Assembly (NCBI GenBank): GCA_039178165.1
Contig: JBCDFL010000058.1
Location: 1-16,864 of the forward strand
Direction of reading: 5' to 3'
Length of the DNA: 16,864 nucleotides
Source: Pseudomonadota bacterium
Lineage (GTDB): Bacteria > Pseudomonadota > Alphaproteobacteria > Rhodobacterales > Rhodobacteraceae
Shown: positions 1-7,277 of the stretch, one piece after another
Layout: each line of letters opens with the position of its first letter
Position numbering within the stretch: position 1 is the stretch's first letter
Notes under the pieces: generated by a model
Database searches by the model: none
What the model saw: only the letters and a program-made list of their open reading frames with translations
What the model was told of the DNA's origin: nothing
Position numbers and translations under genes: made by a program

Positions 1-1150
1 CCGCCATGCGAAACTGCCGCGCCAACGCGGGGATCAACAGGGCCAAGACCAGAACCAGCAGCGCGGCGACGACGTAGAACGACACGCGCAGCGAAAACGC
101 CTGGCTCACCAAGCCCATCAGGGGCGGGCCGGCGAAGAACGCAGCGTAGCCTATGGCCGAGGCGAGGGAGATCGCCCGCAGCCGGCGGTCCGGGGTCACA
201 GCACGGCCGAGCAGGCTGAAGGCGACAGGCACGACAACGGAAATGCCCAGGCCCGCGAGGCCAAACCCGGCATAGGCGACCGGCAGGCTTGGCGCTGCGC
301 CCGCGACGATCAGGCCGAGGCAGGACAGGGCAAGGGCGGCGACGAGCATCGCCATCTCGGACACGCGCGCGGCCAGCGCATGACCGAAGAGCCGCCCGAA
401 CCCCATCGTCAGGCCCAGAATGGCGGGGCCAAGCGCGCCTTCGGCAGGGCCGCCGCCCAGCGTCCGCTCCAGGTGCAGCGCGGACCAACCTTCGGTCGAG
501 GCCTCGGTCAGAAAGGCGGCGAAGACCAGAAGGCCGACCAGCCACACGATGGCGTCCCGCGGCAGCCGGGCCTGCGCCGCCTCGGGCACAGTGCCGGACG
601 CCTCGTTCCCCGCCATGAGAGCGGCACAGAGAAAGGTCACGACCATCAGGGCCAGGAACACCTCTGTCGGGGACCAACCCGCCTCGCGCGCCCAACCGAC
701 CAGCAATGCCGCGCCCGCATAGGCAAAGCCGTAGAGCCCGTGGTTGAGGTTCATCAACGCCCGGCCCGACGCAGCCTCCAGATTGGCCAGGCGCGCGTTG
801 GCTAGCACATCGACCACGCCCGACCCGGCAGAGGCGAGCGTCATCGCCAGGGCGAAGGACACGAGGCCCGGCGCCGCCCCGGCCCACAGAAACCCTAGCC
901 CCACGCCCAGCGCGCCCAGCGGCAAGGCCCAAGGTCCAGCCAAGCGGTCGGCCAACGGCGCCAGCCACATAGCGGCGATAGCCCCAAACGAGGCAAAAAG
1001 GATCACACTGCCGTAGACCCCGTCGGACACACCAAGGGCGGCCTTGATCACCGGCATTTGGGCGAAATAGCTCGCCCAAGCGACGCCGATCAGCACAAAC
1101 CCCGCCAGCGCGCGGCGCGACAGCGCGATATCCCGCAACAATTCCATAAG
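1..1150 (-). CDS. MFS-type transporter, 3'-truncated by the window edge (start codon at 1150, continues past position 1)
   Basis: I translated the minus strand by hand: MELLRDIALSRRALAGFVLIGVAWASYFAQMPVIKAALGVSDGVYGSVILFASFGAIAAMWLAPLADRLAGPWALPLGALGVGLGFLWAG... The product is very hydrophobic with many predicted TM segments. An MFS motif-A-like element (LAPLADRLAGP) sits in the first cytoplasmic loop. The plus-strand ORFs in the track here (289..618, 380..805 and others) are Arg/Pro-rich antisense artefacts typical of high-GC DNA. This ORF is missing from the track because its stop lies outside the window. Confidence 0.75.
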
Positions 1151-1282
1151 CGCCGAACTGGCCCGGCCGCCCCCGAAAGCAAAGAGAATCCGCTTGGCAT
1201 CGCGGCGCAACCGGTCTATGCGCCGAGGCTCACGCGGGGTGACAGCCTTGGAGGCACCCTGCCCTAATTTGGAGATATAGAC

Positions 1283-1927
1283 ATGGCTGGTGAGATTCCT
1301 GATCTCGAAGCCCTGGAACGGACGGGGACAGGCAAGGGCGCCGCTCGTCAAGCCCGCCGCGACGGCATGGTTCCGGGGATTGTTTTTGGTGGCGACAAAG
1401 ATCCGCTACCGATCAATCTGCCCTTCAATAAGCTGCTGAAGATGCTCAAGGCCGGGCGCTTCAAGTCGACCCTGTTCAACCTGAAGGTCGACGGGCACGA
1501 GGATGTCCGCGTCATCTGCCGCGACGTGCAGCGCGACGTGGTCAAAGACCTGCCGCGACACGTGGACTTCATGCGCCTGCGCCGGACGACCAAGATCGGC
1601 CTTTTCATCCCGGTGGAAATCGAGGGCGAGGAAGACTGCCCCGGAATCCGCAAGGGCGGCGTTCTGACCATGGTCCGCCCCGAGGTGGAACTGGTCGTGA
1701 CCGCCGGCGACATCCCCGAGAAGATCGTGGGCTCGGTTGCGGGCATGCAGGTCGGCGACACGCTGACCATCAGCCAAATCCAGCTTCCGGCGGGCGCCAA
1801 GCCGACCATCGACCGTGACTTTGTCATTGCGAACATCCAAGCGCCGTCTGGCCTGGCCTCGCAATCGGATGACGATGAGGAAACGGCGGCGGACGAGGTT
1901 CCGGCCACCGCGCAAGCCGAAGAATAA
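1283..1927 (+). CDS. rplY: 50S ribosomal protein L25 / general stress protein Ctc
   Basis: 214-aa ORF. The N-terminal block [29 protein letters not shown]...PINL...FNLKVDG...[11 protein letters not shown] is characteristic of L25/Ctc, and the acidic C-terminal tail is typical of long-form Ctc. A GGAG Shine-Dalgarno sits 7 nt upstream. Confidence 0.9.
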   Translation: MAGEIPDLEALERTGTGKGAARQARRDGMVPGIVFGGDKDPLPINLPFNKLLKMLKAGRFKSTLFNLKVDGHEDVRVICRDVQRDVVKDLPRHVDFMRLRRTTKIGLFIPVEIEGEEDCPGIRKGGVLTMVRPEVELVVTAGDIPEKIVGSVAGMQVGDTLTISQIQLPAGAKPTIDRDFVIANIQAPSGLASQSDDDEETAADEVPATAQAEE

Positions 1928-1950
1928 ACCGCGCCCCGTTGTGCGTGTGA

Positions 1951-1979
1951 GGGCCGTCCCGCTGGGGCGGCCCTTTTTC
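1951..1979 (+). terminator. Rho-independent terminator downstream of rplY
   Basis: GGGCCGTCC-CGCTG-GGGCGGCCC forms a 9-bp GC stem including one G-U pair. It is immediately followed by TTTTTCT. Confidence 0.6.
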
Positions 1980-2025
1980 TATGCGCGGCGCGCGGCTATG
2001 CTGCGCGGCAGCGAGGGAGGATGGC

Positions 2026-2709
2026 ATGAAACTGATCGTGGGGCTGGGCAATCCGGGGGCCAAATATGCGGGCAACCGGCACAATATCGGCTTCATGGCG
2101 CTGGACCGGATTGCCGAAGATCACGGCTTCGGCCCCTGGCGGTCCAAGTTTCAGGGCGTCCTCACCGAGGCGCGCTTTGGCTCCGACCGCGCGGTTCTGC
2201 TGAAGCCGGAGACGTTCATGAACAAGTCGGGCCAGTCCGTGCAAGCAGCGGCGCAGTTCTACAAGCTGGAGGCCGAGGACGTGATCGTCCTGCACGATGA
2301 GATCGACCTCGCCCCCGGAAAGGTACGTTGGAAGATGGGCGGCGGGCATGCCGGGCACAATGGCCTGCGCTCCATCCACGGGCATCTGGGCGAGGGTTAC
2401 GCCCGCGTGCGGCTCGGCGTGGGGCATCCCGGTCACAAGGACGCCGTTCCGGGCTACGTGCTGCGCGATTTTCCCAAGGCCGATCAGGGCTGGCTGGACG
2501 ATGTGCTGCGCGGCGCCTCCGACGGCGCGCCGCACCTGGTGCGCGGCGATGGCGGCAAGTTCATGAACGCGGTGTCCCTGCGCGTCGCCCCGCCCCGCTC
2601 GTCCAAGGCGCCGGAGCCAAAACCGGCGGCCCAGGCCAAACCCACCGCTCAGCCAGAGCCAGAGGCGGAAAAGTCGGCGATGCAGCGGCTGCTGGACCGC
2701 TTCAGATGA
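2026..2709 (+). CDS. pth: Peptidyl-tRNA hydrolase with Pro/Ala/Lys-rich C-terminal extension
   Basis: MKLIVGLGNPGAKYAGNRHNIGFMALD...VLHDEIDLAPGKVRWKMGGGHAGHNGLRS is the canonical Pth core. The start moves from the track's 1981 to ATG 2026, which begins the conserved MKLIVGLGNPG and follows the SD GAGGGAGG at 2013-2020. The last ~40 aa (PPRSSKAPEPKPAAQAKPTAQPEPEAEK...) are a low-complexity tail. Confidence 0.9.
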   Translation: MKLIVGLGNPGAKYAGNRHNIGFMALDRIAEDHGFGPWRSKFQGVLTEARFGSDRAVLLKPETFMNKSGQSVQAAAQFYKLEAEDVIVLHDEIDLAPGKVRWKMGGGHAGHNGLRSIHGHLGEGYARVRLGVGHPGHKDAVPGYVLRDFPKADQGWLDDVLRGASDGAPHLVRGDGGKFMNAVSLRVAPPRSSKAPEPKPAAQAKPTAQPEPEAEKSAMQRLLDRFR

Positions 2710-3734
2710 GCCTGGCTCAAGCCTTTCGGGATCAACAGGCGGCGTGCAGCCGCCTCGGCTCCCCTTTCACCGCGCGGGTGCTGCGGATTTTGGCGGAGGG
2801 ATGGGATACTGGCAGCCCGCTGGGACGTGATTTCGCCCGCTACACCGGTGATCCCGGACCCGCGGGCCATTCGCTGCCACTGCGCGCGGCGGCTGCGCTG
2901 CATGCCCTGGCGCGGGACGGGGCAGCGCCGGGCCTGACGCAGGTCTATCCCCCACATGAGGCGAGCGACGCGGCGCTGGGGCGCGCGATTGCAGAGGCTC
3001 TTATCGCGCACGAAGACGCGATCCTCGCCTTCGTGCAGGTGCCGCCGCAGACGAATGAAGTGCGCCGCTCTGCCGCGCTGATCGCCATGGGGCATGTGGC
3101 AGCAGGCATGTTCGACAGGCCCATGGTGCTGAGCGAGGTTGGCGCGTCCGGCGGACTGAACCTGCAATGGGACCGCTACGCACTGGTGGCGGGTAAGGCC
3201 CACTTTGGCCCGAAGGAGGCCGCGCTGACCCTGGCGCCGGCCTGGGAAGGACCCATCCCGCAGGGCCGGACACCCCGTGTGGCGGACCGCGCAGGCGTGG
3301 ATCTGCGGCCCCTCGATCCACGGGACGCGGCGCAGCGCGCGCGCATGCTGTCCTACATCTGGGCGGATCAGCCGGACCGGATGGCCCGCACCCGGGCCGC
3401 CGCGGCCATCCAGGACACCCCCATCACGGCGGGCGACGCCCTGCCCTGGCTGGCGGAACGGCTGGACGCCGCGCCGCCGGGCCACCTGCACGTCATCCAA
3501 AACACAGTCGCCTGGCAATATTTCAGCCCCGCGGCGCAGCGGGACGGTACCGCGATGATCGAGGCCGCGGGCGCGCGCGCCAAGCCGGACAGCCCAATGG
3601 CCTGGATGGCGATGGAAGCGGACGACACGGGCGCGGCGGGGGCGGCCATGACCTTGCGCCTCTGGCCGGGCGACATCGCGCTGCATCTGGGCCGGATCGA
3701 CTTTCACGGACGTTGGGTCCGCTGGACGGGATAG
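2706..3734 (+). CDS. Conserved hypothetical protein, DUF2332-like (family assignment tentative)
   Basis: The ORF is in the 2328..3734 frame. The realistic start is ATG 2706 (MSLAQAFRDQQAAC...), which overlaps the pth stop as ATGA. Upstream of that the frame overlaps pth and is Arg-rich nonsense. The protein is soluble and Ala/Arg-rich; I recall the C-terminal WLAERLD...GHLHVIQNTVAWQYF region from DUF2332 proteins. Confidence 0.7.
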   Translation: MSLAQAFRDQQAACSRLGSPFTARVLRILAEGWDTGSPLGRDFARYTGDPGPAGHSLPLRAAAALHALARDGAAPGLTQVYPPHEASDAALGRAIAEALIAHEDAILAFVQVPPQTNEVRRSAALIAMGHVAAGMFDRPMVLSEVGASGGLNLQWDRYALVAGKAHFGPKEAALTLAPAWEGPIPQGRTPRVADRAGVDLRPLDPRDAAQRARMLSYIWADQPDRMARTRAAAAIQDTPITAGDALPWLAERLDAAPPGHLHVIQNTVAWQYFSPAAQRDGTAMIEAAGARAKPDSPMAWMAMEADDTGAAGAAMTLRLWPGDIALHLGRIDFHGRWVRWTG

Positions 3735-3786
3735 TCTTGCACATCGGCCTGCGGCGTGGCCCTCTGCACCCGGGGAGGAGACCAGG

Positions 3787-4965
3787 ATGAGCATTCTCAA
3801 ATGGACAGGCCGGATCGTTCTGGCGCTGGTGATCGCAGCCGTGGCGGTCGGTCTGTGGAACCGCGAGGAGCTGGCGCGCCTGTGGGCCGTGCAGACGCTG
3901 TTCCACGAAGACCGCATCGTCCATAACTTCTCCGCCATGGAAGACGCGTTCCTGACCCGGCCGGTGCCCCGCGGCGATGGCCCTGTGAGCGAATTGCCGG
4001 CAGGCCCGAGCGCGGAGATGCCGGAGGGCTACGGCGCGTGGCTGGCGGAACGGTCGATCACGTCCGTCGTGGTGCTGCACCGCGGTGCGCTGGTCTACGA
4101 AGACTACTACCTCGGCACGGCGGCGGAGGATCGGCGGATCAGCTGGTCGATCGCCAAATCCTTCCTGTCGGCGCTGGCGGGCACACTGGTGGCGGATGGC
4201 ACGCTGGATCTCGACACGCAGGTCACGGCGCTGGTGCCGAGCCTCGTCGGCACCGCCTATGACGGGGCGCGCGTGCGGGACGTTCTGCTGATGGAAAGCG
4301 GCGTGACCTTCAACGAGGATTACCTGGACCAAAGTTCCGACATCAACCGGATGGGCCGGATCATCGCCCTGGGCGGCGGGATGGACGCCTTCGCCGCCAG
4401 CCTGACCGAAAACGACACGGCTGCGGGCGAGACGTGGAAATACACCTCCATCGATACGCACGTGCTGGGCATGGCGATGCGGGCCGCCGCGGGTCAGGAC
4501 ATCGCCACCCTTCTGTCGGAGCGGATCATCGCCCCGTTGGGGCTGGAGGAAGCACCCTATTACCTGACCGACGGCGCCCAGACCGCCTTCGTGCTGGGCG
4601 GGCTGAACCTGCGCAGTCGCGACTACGCCCGTTTCGGCCAGATGATCCTGCAAGGCGGCACGTGGGAGGGCACGCGCGTTGTGCCCGCGGACTGGATCGA
4701 CGCATCCATCCTGCCGACGGCGAAGACCGCGCCGGGACGGATCGGGTACGGCTACCAGTGGTGGATCCCGGTCGGCGCGACGCCGGGGGACGAGGTGATT
4801 GGACGTGGCATCTATGGGCAATATCTCTACCTTGATCGCTCGGCGGAGGTGGTGATCGTTGTGACGGCGGCGGACCGGCAGTTCCGCGCGGACGGGGCGC
4901 ACGACCAGACCATCGCCATGCTGCGCGAGATTACGGCAAGCCTGGAGGCCGACAATGGAACCTGA
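3787..4965 (+). CDS. Serine hydrolase, beta-lactamase/transpeptidase fold, with N-terminal membrane anchor
   Basis: 392 aa. An N-terminal hydrophobic helix (IVLALVIAAVAVGLW) is followed by an SxxK active-site motif (SWSIAKS) and a downstream YxN-like/HxG-type region, consistent with class-C beta-lactamase-related esterases. SD GGGGAGGAG sits upstream of ATG 3787. Confidence 0.85.
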   Translation: MSILKWTGRIVLALVIAAVAVGLWNREELARLWAVQTLFHEDRIVHNFSAMEDAFLTRPVPRGDGPVSELPAGPSAEMPEGYGAWLAERSITSVVVLHRGALVYEDYYLGTAAEDRRISWSIAKSFLSALAGTLVADGTLDLDTQVTALVPSLVGTAYDGARVRDVLLMESGVTFNEDYLDQSSDINRMGRIIALGGGMDAFAASLTENDTAAGETWKYTSIDTHVLGMAMRAAAGQDIATLLSERIIAPLGLEEAPYYLTDGAQTAFVLGGLNLRSRDYARFGQMILQGGTWEGTRVVPADWIDASILPTAKTAPGRIGYGYQWWIPVGATPGDEVIGRGIYGQYLYLDRSAEVVIVVTAADRQFRADGAHDQTIAMLREITASLEADNGT

Positions 4966-5323
4966 AGACAGCGTCAACGTCCGCGGCGGCGCCCTTGCCC
5001 TGTGCGGCACCGACCCGATGACGGGGTTCTTCCGCGACGGGTCGTGCAACACCTGCGCGGCCGATCAGGGCAGCCACACCGTCTGCGCGGTGATGACCGA
5101 AGAATTCCTCGCCTTCTCCAAATATGTCGGCAACGATCTGAGCACGCCGCGGCCTGAATTTCGCTTTGCCGGTCTCAAGCCCGGGGACCGCTGGTGCCTG
5201 TGCGCCGCGCGATTCCTACAAGCGCACGAGGAAGGCTGCGCGCCAAAAGTCTCGCTCGAGGCGACGCATAAACGCGCTTTGGACGTCGTGCCGCTCGACG
5301 TGCTGGAACAAAACGCCGAGTGA
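4955..5323 (+). CDS. DUF2237 family Cys-rich small protein
   Basis: 122 aa: ...CGTDPMTGFFRDGSCNTCAADQGSHTVCAVMTEEFLAFSKYVGNDLSTP...GLKPGDRWCLCAARFL... matches the DUF2237 signature I recall (DPxTGFyRDG, HxVCA, GDRWCLCA). It overlaps the upstream hydrolase gene by 11 nt, suggesting translational coupling. Confidence 0.8.
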   Translation: MEPEDSVNVRGGALALCGTDPMTGFFRDGSCNTCAADQGSHTVCAVMTEEFLAFSKYVGNDLSTPRPEFRFAGLKPGDRWCLCAARFLQAHEEGCAPKVSLEATHKRALDVVPLDVLEQNAE

Positions 5324-5396
5324 AGGCGCAATTTTCGGCAATTGTTAAGCGCCACGACGATCCGTTGCGCGCAGCTTCGGCCCGCACAGCTTTTCG

Positions 5397-5420
5397 AATA
5401 TTGCGCAAGCGCGCAATATT
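5397..5420. promoter_or_regulatory. Perfect 10-bp inverted repeat AATATTGCGC-aagc-GCGCAATATT, a candidate operator for a dimeric regulator
   Basis: Read directly from the sequence. Further TTGCGC(G)CA half-site-like copies lie at 5366-5375 and 5422-5429, and the surrounding DNA is unusually AT-rich for this genome. A -35-like TTCGAA (5393-5398) and -10-like AATATT (5415-5420) with a 16-nt spacer overlap the palindrome. Confidence 0.3.
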
Positions 5421-5668
5421 GTTGCGCAGGGGCCACAGCCTGCCCTAAGGGCAATTTTACCGGCTTCTCAGCCCGCCCGGCGCGCGGCTATCACCCCGCC
5501 ACGCACCTTGTTGCGGACATACCTTAACGGCGCGGGATCTGGTCCCGCCCGGTGCGGCCCGGCTCTGCCGGCTTCGTATACCAAGGATGTGCGCTGAGGT
5601 GCTTTGAAACCGGTCCAACAGCAAAGGAGGGGCCATGACGTATCAATGCACCTCTGGGGCCGATTTTC

Positions 5669-5741
5669 GACTGTGTAGCTCAACGGTAGAGCATCAGCTT
5701 AAACAGCTGAGTGTTGAGGGTTCGAATCCCTCTACAGGCTC
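5669..5741 (+). tRNA. tRNA-like gene with canonical cloverleaf but anomalous anticodon loop UUAAACA (formal anticodon AAA, C at position 37); possibly a tRNA pseudogene or non-standard tRNA
   Basis: Manual fold: acceptor GACTGTG/TACAGGC (one A.G mismatch at 2:71, one G-U), U8A9, D-arm GCTC-AACGGTA-GAGC, anticodon stem TCAGC/GCTGA (5 bp perfect) with loop TTAAACA, 5-nt variable loop, T-arm GAGGG-TTCGAAT-CCCTC, discriminator T. No encoded CCA. Confidence 0.5.
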
Positions 5742-5754
5742 CGGGTAAGGCGGC

Positions 5755-5789
5755 GACGCCCGCAGGTTCGAATCCTGCAAGCGACTGGT
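5755..5789 (+). pseudogene. Orphan 3' fragment of a second tRNA: T-arm GCAGG-TTCGAAT-CCTGC plus acceptor 3' strand AAGCGAC, with no 5' half
   Basis: Seen directly about 20 nt after the tRNA-like gene. Such fragments are typical remnants of site-specific integration or excision at tRNA genes. Confidence 0.35.
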
Positions 5790-6103
5790 AATCGCTCTCA
5801 AAACATCAATCGCGTTCGGATCTGCCGCGCGGCATCCCTTGGGCTTTCGGCCCTCGGAATGGCGTCCTGGGCGGCGGCCGGGCCGGGCGGCATGGCGCCG
5901 CGTCCTTTGGGCCAGCCTCTTGTAGGCCCGCCCTTTGGACCCTGCGCCCTCTGCCGCGCTGCCCCGCCGTCTTCCACGGCAGCGGTGGGTTCGAACGCAC
6001 CCCCTTTTTCCGCGCGCGCAGCACCGCAGCCCGCGCCTTCACCGCCCCATGTGGGGCCCCAACCAGGAGCACGCCCGTGCCGTAACACCAAAGGAGAGAT
6101 GAC

Positions 6104-7222
6104 ATGGAATGGGCAATCATGCGTATGCGGGGACGCGTCCCCGTCACGATCACCGAAACACAGCGCGCCGTCCTTATGGTGGAGGGTGTGGCACAGACCA
6201 TCCTCGGCCCCGGGCGCCACTGGGTGCCCCGGCGGGCGGAGCTGGTCCGCTATACGCTGGACGCAGGCGCCGTGGACACCCCGCTGCTTGACGCGATGCT
6301 GCGGGTGGGCCCGGCCCATCTGACCGTGGCGCACCCGGACGAGGATCACGCGATGCTCGTCCACCGGCATGGCAAAGTGGTGGAAGTCCTCGGCCCCGGC
6401 AAACGGGCGGTCTACTGGACCGATGCCGGCCCGCTGACCCTGACGCCGGTGGCGCTGGGTGCGCATCACGAGGTGGCCGCACCCCTGGCGCGGACCCTCA
6501 TGCTCGCGGGCCTGGGCCGGGTGATGACCGCCTTCGAGGTGCCGCAGGGCTTCGTCGGGATGCTGAGCGAGGACGGCGTGCTGGTCCGGCAGCTCGATCC
6601 GGGGACTTACTGGTTCTGGATGTTCGGGCGCAAGCATACCGTTCGGCTGATCGACACCCGCGCCATGGCGCACGAGGTCATGGGCCAGGAGATCCTGACC
6701 CACGACCGCGTCTCGGTCCGGGTGAACCTGACGGCGACCTACCGTGTCACCGATCCGGAGGCCGCGTTCCGCGGGGCCAAGGACTTCACCGAGGTCCTGC
6801 ACCGGTCGATGGCCCTGGCTTTTCGCCAGTCGCTGGGCGCGCGCACGCTGGCCCAGCTGCTGGAGAACAAAGGCCAGGTCGACACTGAAGCCGGCGCCGC
6901 CGTTCGGGCCGAAATGGCCCGGCTCGGCGTCGCAGTTGGGGAGATCGCGCTCAAAGACGTCGTCCTGCCGGGCGATATGCGCGAGATCCTGAACCAGGTC
7001 GTTGCCGCACGGCACGAGGCTGAGGCCAGCGTCATCCGGCGCCGCGAGGAGGTGAACGCAACGCGGGCGCTTCTGAACACCGCTAAAGTGATGGCCGATA
7101 ACCCGGTCATGCTGCGGCTGCGGGAGCTGGAAGCGCTCGAGGCGATCTCCGCCAACGTCGATCACCTGATCGTCGGCGGCGGGACGGACGGCCTGCTGCG
7201 CGACGTGGCCAAACTGCGCTGA
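6104..7222 (+). CDS. SPFH/band-7 (slipin-like) domain protein with no transmembrane segment and three tandem N-terminal SPFH-hairpin motifs
   Basis: The C-terminal two thirds align to the SPFH core as I recall it (EILTHDRVSVRVNLTATYRVTDPEAAF...GVAVGEIALKDVVLPGDMREILNQ...AEASVIRRREEVNA...). The N-terminal motif xAVLxxxGxxxxxLGPGxHWxP occurs three times (aa ~20-45, ~85-110, ~150-175). SD AAGGAGAG sits 5 nt upstream of ATG 6104. Confidence 0.85.
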   Translation: MEWAIMRMRGRVPVTITETQRAVLMVEGVAQTILGPGRHWVPRRAELVRYTLDAGAVDTPLLDAMLRVGPAHLTVAHPDEDHAMLVHRHGKVVEVLGPGKRAVYWTDAGPLTLTPVALGAHHEVAAPLARTLMLAGLGRVMTAFEVPQGFVGMLSEDGVLVRQLDPGTYWFWMFGRKHTVRLIDTRAMAHEVMGQEILTHDRVSVRVNLTATYRVTDPEAAFRGAKDFTEVLHRSMALAFRQSLGARTLAQLLENKGQVDTEAGAAVRAEMARLGVAVGEIALKDVVLPGDMREILNQVVAARHEAEASVIRRREEVNATRALLNTAKVMADNPVMLRLRELEALEAISANVDHLIVGGGTDGLLRDVAKLR

Positions 7223-7239
7223 GGCGCGCCCAAACGACA

Positions 7240-7270
7240 GGCCCCGCCCGAGGCATGCTCGGGCGGGGCC
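7240..7270. terminator. Bidirectional GC-rich hairpin between the convergent SPFH and RTX-A genes
   Basis: GGCCCCGCCCGAG-gcat-GCTCGGGCGGGGCC, a perfect ~13-bp inverted repeat placed between the stop codons at 7222 (+) and 7278 (-). Confidence 0.5.
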
Positions 7271-7277
7271 ATCCGCG

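Noticed and set aside
289-1016. Plus-strand ORFs 289..618, 380..805, 420..722 and 744..1016 in the first kilobase
   Set aside because: They are Arg-rich antisense frames of the minus-strand MFS transporter gene, whose hydrophobic product and motif A make it the real coding strand.
2328-2705. Upstream extension of the DUF2332-like ORF to ATG 2328, giving 468 aa
   Set aside because: The extension lies entirely inside pth in another frame and is Arg-rich. ATG 2706, overlapping the pth stop as ATGA, gives a sensible N-terminus.
2649-5052. Long minus-strand ORFs 2649..3938 (429 aa) and 3523..5052 (509 aa) antisense to the DUF2332 and hydrolase genes
   Set aside because: They are extremely Arg/Pro/Gly/Ala-rich with no recognisable motifs. 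These are typical shadow ORFs of the GC-rich third-position frame. The sense-strand genes have clear family signatures and start signals.
5635-5748. 37-codon ORF (MTYQCTSGADFRLCSSTVEHQLKQLSVEGSNPSTGSG) preceded by a perfect SD AAGGAGG, reading through the tRNA-like gene
   Set aside because: The reading frame is formed by the tRNA-like sequence itself. There is no compositional or codon-bias support, and it is too short to evaluate. I note the strong SD but take it to be coincidental.
5716-6010. Possibility that the repeated GGTTCGAA(T/C)C T-arm-like elements belong to a permuted (two-piece) alphaproteobacterial tmRNA gene
   Set aside because: The first element has intact D- and anticodon arms, which tmRNA lacks. 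I found no resume codon or tag ORF of the ANDN... type on either strand, and no GTTGTCGTT or GCCAACGAC strings.
5798-7165. 455-aa minus-strand ORF spanning the structured spacer and the whole SPFH gene
   Set aside because: It is Arg/Gly/Pro-rich nonsense antisense to a gene with a clear SPFH signature and a strong SD.
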